DNA of 32,000 nucleotides from Dickeya dadantii NCPPB 898 (GTDB lineage Bacteria > Pseudomonadota > Gammaproteobacteria > Enterobacterales > Enterobacteriaceae). The stretch is taken from positions 2,711,337-2,743,336 of the forward strand of contig NZ_CM001976.1 of assembly GCF_000406145.1 (NCBI RefSeq). The letters are read 5' to 3'. The notes below the pieces were generated by a model, which saw nothing but the letters and a program-made list of their open reading frames with translations, did no database searches and was not told the origin of the DNA. The translations under genes were made by a program, and so were the position numbers. Positions 25,316 to 32,000 of this stretch are shown piece by piece. The number at the start of each line of letters is the position of its first letter. The stretch's first letter is position 1.

Positions 25316-25993
25316 CTACGCCTGACTGGCGGATGGGCCCCGCTGCAATTCGCGCACCCGCTGCGCCAGCGCGCTCAGGCTTTCGTCCGCCATGCCGTAA
25401 TGTTCCAGTTCCTGTTCCAGCGCGAACAGATACTGGGCGTTGGTGCCGAGCGGCCCGCTGGCGTGGGCGATCAGCGGCGCGATACTCTGTATGCAGGTAT
25501 CGGCTTCCAGCAGCGGATGTTCGGGGTTGGTGACAAACACCAGCGCGGTGATCGGCTCACCGCCCTGACTGCGCAGTTCGCACCATAACGGCCGGTAACA
25601 GCCGGTCAGCATTTCACGCTTCCACAACAGTTCCAGTTCTTCTCGCAGGGTGGCTTCAGGCAACCGATAGGCCAGTCCGGTGGTCTCACCGCCGGGTTTC
25701 AGCCCCAGCATGCGGCCAGGCTGGCTGTGGGTGCCGCGGCCGGCGGTGAGGCGCAGGCAGAAGGTGCGATGCCAGCCGTTGAGCGTAGCCACACAAACCT
25801 CTTCGGCATCGAAGACCGGATTCCACATCAGGGAGCCGTAACCGAACACCCAGACCGGGCTTTGGTCAGGGCGGGATGTCAGCATGCAGTCCAGAGACGC
25901 CGCGCGCTGTTGCGGGGTCAGCAACAAAGATTCATCAATATTGCCAAACGAGGTTTTACAATCTGCTTTCTGCAAAAAATCACGCGTCAACAC
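25316..25993 (-). CDS. chaC: Glutathione-specific gamma-glutamylcyclotransferase ChaC
   Basis: VWVFGYGSLMWNPVF...GWHRTFCL...GRMLGL...LWKREM match E. coli ChaC motifs and length. Confidence 0.9.
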   Translation of the reverse strand: MLTRDFLQKADCKTSFGNIDESLLLTPQQRAASLDCMLTSRPDQSPVWVFGYGSLMWNPVFDAEEVCVATLNGWHRTFCLRLTAGRGTHSQPGRMLGLKPGGETTGLAYRLPEATLREELELLWKREMLTGCYRPLWCELRSQGGEPITALVFVTNPEHPLLEADTCIQSIAPLIAHASGPLGTNAQYLFALEQELEHYGMADESLSALAQRVRELQRGPSASQA

Positions 25994-26551
25994 TACCCAC
26001 TGCCCTCACTAAAACGTTTCTTACTGCGCGGCGGCATCGCCTCGCCTATTTTGGCCGATCATCAACCCTGTAATCAACGCAGGTACTGCTTATTTCTACG
26101 GCAAAATATCGTTAACCTTTACCAGAATTGTGCTAAACGCACGATGCAATCGTGAAAGAGACATCCATAATCGGTCTGGCAATGATGTCAGGACGCGCTC
26201 TTTTTTTACATTCATGGGAAAATGACAATCCTGTCTTATTTATGCTTGGTTTAACCTGAAAATGACAGCCTATAAAAAGATAAAATACGTTATTATTTGA
26301 TAAAAATAGTAAACAAGAAGTACAAAATCTTTTATTATTAATCAGATAAAACATAAAGAATGAAAACAATCGGTAAAACCCGCTGATACGGGTTATACCG
26401 GATTTTAAGTAACAATACTTTTGGCTCCGAAGCGGTCGGAGAGGCAGGGAAAATGATCCGGGTAAAACCAGCGGCGTCCCCCAAGGCGTCGATCAACGCC
26501 CGGAAGCAATAAAAAAGCGATTATCTTTAGACGGTATAAGGAGACCCGACC

Positions 26552-27652
26552 ATGCCAACATCCTCCGACGCGGTGAAAACCCGTCACCACGAATACACCC
26601 TGATTTTTCCGCTGCTGGCGCTGCTGGCCCTGACATTATGGGGCGATGCCCGCAGCCTGCCGGCTATGGTTGGCATCAACCTGCTGGCGCTGGTGGGGAT
26701 CCTCGCCAGCGCGTTCAGCGTGGTGCGCCACGCCGACGTGCTGGCGCATCGACTGGGAGAACCCTATGGCTCGCTGATCCTCAGCCTGTCGGTCGTGATT
26801 CTGGAAGTCAGCCTGATCTCGGCACTGATGGCCACCGGCGATGCCGGTCCGACGCTGATGCGCGACACCCTCTATTCCATCATCATGATCGTCAGCGGCG
26901 GTCTGGTCGGCTTCGCGCTGCTGCTGGGCGGCCGCAAATTTGCTACCCAGTACGTCAATCTGGGCGGTATCAAGCAGTATCTGATGGCAATCTTCCCGCT
27001 GGCGATCCTGGTGCTGGTGTTTCCCGCCGCGTTGCCGGAAGGCAATTTCTCCGTGACGCAATCCATTATCATCGCGCTGATTTCCGCCATGATGTACGGC
27101 GTATTCCTGCTGATCCAGACCCGCACGCATCAGAATCTGTTTGTCTACGAGCACGAAGATGAAAGCGATGACGACAACCCGCACCACGGTAAACCGTCGG
27201 TGCACAGCTCCGCCTGGCACGCCATCTGGTTGCTGGTGCATCTGGTGGCGGTGATTGGCGTCACCAAGATGGATTCGCCGCAGTTGGAAGGGTTGCTGGA
27301 GGCGATGAACGCGCCGGCCCAGTTTACCGGTTTCCTGGTGGCGCTGCTGATCCTGTCGCCGGAAGGGTTGGGCGCCATCACCGCCGTACTGCGCAATCAG
27401 GTACAACGCGCCATGAACCTGTTTTTCGGGTCGGTGCTGGCCACCATTTCGCTGACGGTACCCGCTGTGACGCTGATCTCCACCCTTACCGGCCGCACCC
27501 TGCAGTTTTCGCTCGATCTGCCGCACATTGTGGTGATGTTGTCGGTACTGGTGCTGTGCCACATTTCCTTTTCCACCGGCCGCACCAACGTCCTCAACGG
27601 CAGCGCGCACCTGGCGCTGTTCGCCGCTTATCTGATGACCATCATGCTGTAA
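26552..27652 (+). CDS. chaA: Ca2+(Na+)/H+ antiporter ChaA
   Basis: [18 protein letters not shown]...[58 protein letters not shown]...[11 protein letters not shown] is near-identical in pattern to E. coli ChaA. SD AAGGAG is present. Confidence 0.96.
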   Translation: MPTSSDAVKTRHHEYTLIFPLLALLALTLWGDARSLPAMVGINLLALVGILASAFSVVRHADVLAHRLGEPYGSLILSLSVVILEVSLISALMATGDAGPTLMRDTLYSIIMIVSGGLVGFALLLGGRKFATQYVNLGGIKQYLMAIFPLAILVLVFPAALPEGNFSVTQSIIIALISAMMYGVFLLIQTRTHQNLFVYEHEDESDDDNPHHGKPSVHSSAWHAIWLLVHLVAVIGVTKMDSPQLEGLLEAMNAPAQFTGFLVALLILSPEGLGAITAVLRNQVQRAMNLFFGSVLATISLTVPAVTLISTLTGRTLQFSLDLPHIVVMLSVLVLCHISFSTGRTNVLNGSAHLALFAAYLMTIML

Positions 27653-27923
27653 GCGCCCCGCCGGTATCGCCGCTCTGCGATACCGGCAGTACAGGATTTA
27701 TACAACGATATTCTCTTCCTGCCCGAAAAAATCCTTTCCATTGATTTACCGCTGGATCTGCGTCAAAAAACAGGCGTATGGTATCGGCTTTGGACTGTGT
27801 CCTACCGCGGCGGCCGCGCTTTTTGTTTTCACTTCTCCGGCAGTCATCGCAGGCGGCACAAGCCCTGGCCGTGACGGGCCGCTGTCGACCCGCCTGTTTT
27901 TCATTGTTTGGTTCTTGTTTTCC

Positions 27924-29633
27924 ATGAAATCACACCGAATTAACGGTATCAGACCGTTCAGCGCGCTGATTGAAGCCTGCTGGCGAGAAACGTACACGCT
28001 GTCGCGTTTTACTCATGATGTTATTGCCGGGATTACCGTCGGGATCATCGCCATCCCGCTGGCGATGGCGCTGGCTATCGCCAGCGGCGTGCCCCCGCAG
28101 TATGGACTTTACACGTCGGCGATCGCCGGGTTGGTGATCGCGCTGTGCGGCGGCTCCCGCTACAGCGTCTCCGGCCCCACCGCCGCGTTTGTGGTTATTC
28201 TTCATCCCGTATCTCAGCAGTTCGGCATCTCCGGCCTGCTGGTCGCCACCCTGCTCTCCGGCGTATTTTTACTGCTGATGGGCCTGTGTCGGCTGGGCCG
28301 ACTGATTGAATACATTCCGCTGCCGGTGACGCTCGGGTTTACCTCCGGCATCGCCATCACCATTGCCACCATGCAGGTAAAAGATTTTTTCGGCCTGACC
28401 ATGACCACAGTACCGGAGCACTATGCTGAAAAAGTGGCGGCGCTGGTACAGGCGCTGCCGACGCTGAACATCGGCGATACGCTGGTCGGCGCGACGACGT
28501 TGCTGGTGCTGATCGTCTGGCCGAGGCTGGGTATTCGCCTGCCGGGTCACCTCCCCGCGCTGCTGGCAGGCACCGCCGTGATGGGCGTGCTGTCGCTGTT
28601 TCACATCGACGTGGCGACCATCGGCTCGCGTTTCAGCTATCTGCTGGCCGACGGCAGCCACGGTCAGGGCATCCCGGCGATCCTGCCGCAGTTTTTACTG
28701 CCGTGGAACATCCCCACGCCGGACGGCCACACCATGACGCTGAGCTGGAAAAGCCTGTCCGACCTGCTGCCTGCGGCGTTTTCCATGGCGATGCTCGGCG
28801 CCATCGAGTCGCTGCTGTGCGCGGTGGTGCTGGACGGCATGACCGGACGCAAGCACCACCCTAGCAGCGAATTGATCGGCCAGGGCATCGGCAACATGGT
28901 GGCGCCGTTCTTCGGCGGCATTACCGCCACCGCCGCCATCGCCCGATCCGCCGCCAACGTGCGAGCGGGCGCGACCTCGCCTATCGCGGCGGTGATCCAC
29001 GCGGGTCTGGTGCTGTTGTCCCTGCTGGTGCTGGCGCCCTGGCTCTCTTACCTGCCGCTGTCGGCGATGGCTTCCCTGCTGTTGTTGGTGGCGTGGAACA
29101 TGAGCGAGGCGCACAAGGTGGTCTATCTGCTGCGCCGGGCGCCGCGGGACGATATTCTGGTATTGGTGCTGTGCATGGCGTTAACCGTGCTGTTCGATAT
29201 GGTGATTGCCATTACGGTGGGAATTGTGCTGGCGTCGTTGCTGTTCATGGGCAATGTGGCGCGCATGACGCGGCTGAGCGAACTGCCGGGCACCATCGCG
29301 GGTCAGCGGCTGGTGCTGCGCATTAACGGGCCGCTGTTTTTCGCCGCGGCGGAACGCCTGTTCAATGAACTGATGGAGCGCGCCCAGCCTTACCCGACGA
29401 TTATTCTGCAGTGGGACGCCGTGTCGGTGCTGGATGCCGGCGGCCTTAACGCGTTCCGCCATTTTGTGGAATTGCTGCCGCCGGAAAAACGGCTGATCAT
29501 TACCGATATACCGTTCCAGCCGCTCAAGACACTGGCCCGGGCTAACGTCACGCCGATCGCCAACCGGTTGGTTTTCTATGCGACGCTGGAACAGGCGCTG
29601 GCGGAAACCACGCCCCACCCTGACGCCGTCTAA
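27924..29633 (+). CDS. dauA: SulP-family C4-dicarboxylate transporter DauA (YchM) with a C-terminal STAS domain
   Basis: From [64 protein letters not shown] the protein is collinear with E. coli DauA. The ORF-track start at 27741 is an upstream extension. Confidence 0.93.
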   Translation: MKSHRINGIRPFSALIEACWRETYTLSRFTHDVIAGITVGIIAIPLAMALAIASGVPPQYGLYTSAIAGLVIALCGGSRYSVSGPTAAFVVILHPVSQQFGISGLLVATLLSGVFLLLMGLCRLGRLIEYIPLPVTLGFTSGIAITIATMQVKDFFGLTMTTVPEHYAEKVAALVQALPTLNIGDTLVGATTLLVLIVWPRLGIRLPGHLPALLAGTAVMGVLSLFHIDVATIGSRFSYLLADGSHGQGIPAILPQFLLPWNIPTPDGHTMTLSWKSLSDLLPAAFSMAMLGAIESLLCAVVLDGMTGRKHHPSSELIGQGIGNMVAPFFGGITATAAIARSAANVRAGATSPIAAVIHAGLVLLSLLVLAPWLSYLPLSAMASLLLLVAWNMSEAHKVVYLLRRAPRDDILVLVLCMALTVLFDMVIAITVGIVLASLLFMGNVARMTRLSELPGTIAGQRLVLRINGPLFFAAAERLFNELMERAQPYPTIILQWDAVSVLDAGGLNAFRHFVELLPPEKRLIITDIPFQPLKTLARANVTPIANRLVFYATLEQALAETTPHPDAV

Positions 29634-29694
29634 TCCCGGCCTCTCGCCGGCTTCCGCATTGCGCGGGGGCCGGCGACACCCTGCCGCATAGAGT

Positions 29695-30135
29695 TCAGCA
29701 GAACAGCCCGGCCGATGTGGTCGAGGTAGCGGCACGCACCGACAGGCACTCCGCATGCTGGCTCAGCGACAGTTCATGATCGCGGCAAGCCTGCCCTATC
29801 GCCTGCAACTGCTCGCCGGACAGCGCATACGGCAGCCGGATGTCCAGCTCCGTTACCCCTTGCTGGCGCGCCAGTGTAATCAGACGGGAAAGATTGGTTT
29901 CATCACTGGCCTGGGTGGAAAGCACCTGCATCGCCAGTTCCAGCAGTTTATCCTTGCCGGCGCTCCCGGCAACCACGGGTGACTTGGTCACCATGCCGAA
30001 AATCGGCATCACGCCGTACAGCGCGTCGATAAAGCGCCAGCGCTTGCGGCACAGCGCGCCAAGGTACGCGGTATAATCAATGCACATCCGTTCACTTTCA
30101 GAGGAGCCCGCAGGCCCGGAATGAGCCTCTTCCAT
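29695..30135 (-). CDS. Hypothetical cytoplasmic protein, 146 aa, family not recognised
   Basis: The ORF has host-like codon bias. ATG 30135 lies 7 nt after AGGAG, and the GTG at 30183 in the ORF track has no SD. It converges on dauA with a GC hairpin (CGCCGGC...GCCGGCG) between them. Confidence 0.6.
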   Translation of the reverse strand: MEEAHSGPAGSSESERMCIDYTAYLGALCRKRWRFIDALYGVMPIFGMVTKSPVVAGSAGKDKLLELAMQVLSTQASDETNLSRLITLARQQGVTELDIRLPYALSGEQLQAIGQACRDHELSLSQHAECLSVRAATSTTSAGLFC

Positions 30136-30374
30136 CCTTTTTCTCCTTTCCGTCAACCGACCGTTGGCGTCACGCCATTTCACTCAACCATTACAACGTA
30201 AAAAGGATTAATAGGGTATAGTATCTCTAACAATTGTAGAGCTATTAGGCAAAAGCAGGGACTTTTCTGCTGGCAATGCGATCCAGCGCACCCTACGCTT
30301 GCGTCGTAGCCGCCCATGCCGTCAGACAGCGTCGGTATAGGCCATAATACGCGTTCTGTTGTGAGTGGGATGTC

Positions 30375-31127
30375 ATGTATAAAGTTGTTTTTGTTGAAGA
30401 TGATCCGGAAGTCGGCAAACTGATCGCAGCCTATCTGGGCAAACATGATATTGATGTGCGCATTGAGCCACGCGGCGATAACGCGTTGGCATTCATCGAA
30501 GAACAACAGCCCGACCTGGTGTTGCTGGACATCATGTTGCCCGGCAAAGACGGTATGACGATCTGTCGGGAACTGCGCCCCCGCTTCACCGGCCCCATCG
30601 TACTGCTCACCTCGCTCGACAGCGACATGAACCACATCCTGTCGCTCGAAATGGGGGCCGACGACTATATTCTGAAAACCACGCCGCCGGCGGTGCTGCT
30701 GGCACGCTTGCGCTTGCATTTCCGCCAGTACGCCGCCGCGCCCACGCCGGCGGTGGAAAAAAGCGTGCAAAGCGCGCCGGTGAAAACGCAGGTTCAGGTG
30801 CATAAATCGCTGCACTTCGGCCTGTTGTGTATCGACCCGGTCAACCGCGACGTCACGCTGGCGAACGAGAATATCGCCCTCTCCACGTCGGATTTCGACC
30901 TGCTGTGGTTGCTGGCCACCCACGCCGGGCAGATCATGGATCGCGAAGCGCTGCTTAAAGCGCTGCGCGGCGTCAGCTACGACGGGATGGATCGCAGTAT
31001 CGACGTCGCCATTTCCCGCCTGCGCAAAAAACTATACGACAACGCGCTGGAACCGGTGCGCATCAAAACCATCCGCAACAAAGGCTACCTGTTCGCTCCC
31101 AATGCCTGGGAGACCATCGCGCCATGA
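30375..31127 (+). CDS. rstA: OmpR-family response regulator RstA
   Basis: VVFVEDDPEVGKLIAAYLGKHDIDV..PDLVLLDIMLPGKDGMTICRELR..GPIVLLTSLDSDMNHILSLEMGADDYILKTTPPAVLLARLRLH...IKTIRNKGYLFAPNAWE is collinear with E. coli RstA. Confidence 0.95.
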   Translation: MYKVVFVEDDPEVGKLIAAYLGKHDIDVRIEPRGDNALAFIEEQQPDLVLLDIMLPGKDGMTICRELRPRFTGPIVLLTSLDSDMNHILSLEMGADDYILKTTPPAVLLARLRLHFRQYAAAPTPAVEKSVQSAPVKTQVQVHKSLHFGLLCIDPVNRDVTLANENIALSTSDFDLLWLLATHAGQIMDREALLKALRGVSYDGMDRSIDVAISRLRKKLYDNALEPVRIKTIRNKGYLFAPNAWETIAP

Positions 31128-32000
31128 AAAAACTGTTTATTCAGTTCTTTCTGCTGCTGTTCGCCAGCTTTCTGGTGATGACCCTTCTGGTGGGGCTGGT
31201 GTACAAAGTCACGGCGGAACGGGCCGGTCGCCAGTCGATGGATGACCTGATGAAAAGCTCGCTGTATCTGATCCGCAACGAGCTGCGTTCCATTCCGCCA
31301 CGAGAGTGGCACAAGACCATCAACCAGATGGACCTTAACCTGTCGTTCAAGTTACACATTGAGCCGATCAGCAAGTACCGGCTTAGCACACAGGCGCAAC
31401 AGCGGCTGATCCAGGGGGAAATCGTCGCGCTGGACGACGAATACACCTTCATCCAGCGCATTCCGCGCAGTCACTATGTGCTGGCGGTCGGCCCGATTCC
31501 CTATTTGTTCTTCCTGCACGAAATCCGGCTGGTCAACCTGCTGTTTCTGGCGTTGATCGGCCTGTCGCTGGCGCTGCCGGTGTTCCTGTGGATGCGCCCG
31601 CACTGGAAGGCGATGCTGCAACTGGAAAGCGCTGCGCAACGGCTGGGAGACGGCCATCTGGAAGAGCGCACCCATTTCGATAACACCTCCAGCCTGTTCC
31701 GCCTCGGCGTGGCGTTCAACCGCATGGCCGACAACCTTAACCAGTTGATTACCAGTAAAAAACAGCTGATCGACAATATCGCCCATGAGCTGCGCACGCC
31801 GCTGGTTCGGCTGCGTTACCGGCTGGCGATGAGCGACAACCTGACCGACGAAGAGCAGGAAGCCATCAGTCGCGATGTCGGCCAGTTGGAGGCGTTGATC
31901 GATGAACTGCTAACTTACGCCCGCCTTGACCGGCCGCAGGTGACACTGCATCTGGAACAGATCGACCTGCCGCTATGGTTGCACAAGCGCATTGAGGATT
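31124..32000 (+). CDS. rstB: Sensor histidine kinase RstB (5' part; continues beyond the window)
   Basis: ATG 31124 overlaps the rstA stop (ATGA). The product has two TM segments, a HAMP domain (RLGVAFNRMADNLNQLI) and the H-box IDNIAHELRTPL. It is absent from the ORF track because no stop occurs within the window. Confidence 0.9.
   Translation, partial: MKKLFIQFFLLLFASFLVMTLLVGLVYKVTAERAGRQSMDDLMKSSLYLIRNELRSIPPREWHKTINQMDLNLSFKLHIEPISKYRLSTQAQQRLIQGEIVALDDEYTFIQRIPRSHYVLAVGPIPYLFFLHEIRLVNLLFLALIGLSLALPVFLWMRPHWKAMLQLESAAQRLGDGHLEERTHFDNTSSLFRLGVAFNRMADNLNQLITSKKQLIDNIAHELRTPLVRLRYRLAMSDNLTDEEQEAISRDVGQLEALIDELLTYARLDRPQVTLHLEQIDLPLWLHKRIED

Noticed and set aside
26133-26395. The 78-aa hydrophobic ORF 26133-26369(-), and the hairpin AACCCG-ctgata-CGGGTT (26377-26394).
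   Set aside because: The ORF starts at a TTG with no SD, in very AT-rich DNA, immediately after the hairpin. The stem is only 6 bp with weak T-tracts on either strand. This is not enough for a gene, toxin or terminator call.
27741-27923. N-terminal extensions offered by the ORF track: dauA from 27741, FI from 3498, smrA to 710, prpA to 18669, the ATPase to 22572, and the MCP from 12908.
   Set aside because: Homologue N-termini align to internal Met codons that have proper SD sequences. The extensions start at alternative codons, have no SD, or run through terminator or promoter elements.

Overview
The window looks like an enterobacterial chromosome segment. Most proteins are clear homologues of E. 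coli K-12 proteins that I recognise from memory. Gene content and GC suggest a soft-rot Pectobacteriaceae-like host, but I cannot verify that.

Positions ~0.8-8.9 kb hold a truncated P2-family prophage. It contains two tail-fibre tip cassettes, a Hin/Gin-family serine invertase and a tail-fibre chaperone. These are followed by sheath FI, tube FII, E and the frameshifted E+E', an unusually short tape measure T, then U, D and ogr. No baseplate, fibre N-terminus, head, lysis or integrase genes are present. The remnant sits between host smrA and guaD.

The rest is ordinary chromosome:
- a GAF-PAS-PAS-GGDEF cyclase with an AGDEF motif
- a Tar/Tsr-type MCP with a candidate sigma-28 promoter
- a 1-kb repeat-rich intergenic region
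- aer, a small Cys-rich exported protein, prpA and a ClC channel
- chaC followed by a co-directional 5-gene Opp/Dpp-type ABC operon
- chaA (no chaB), dauA, an orphan 146-aa gene and rstA-rstB (partial)

The most interesting observation is the invertase locus. The invertase gene, its promoter and a short ATG leader lie between inverted hix/gix-like crossover sites. Outward-facing tail-fibre tip cassettes flank this segment. That is a Hin-like topology rather than the Gin/Cin/Pin one. The predicted crossover preserves the reading frame, and one cassette is inactivated by TGG>TGA.

All calls come from reading the sequence and from remembered homologues. No searches were run.
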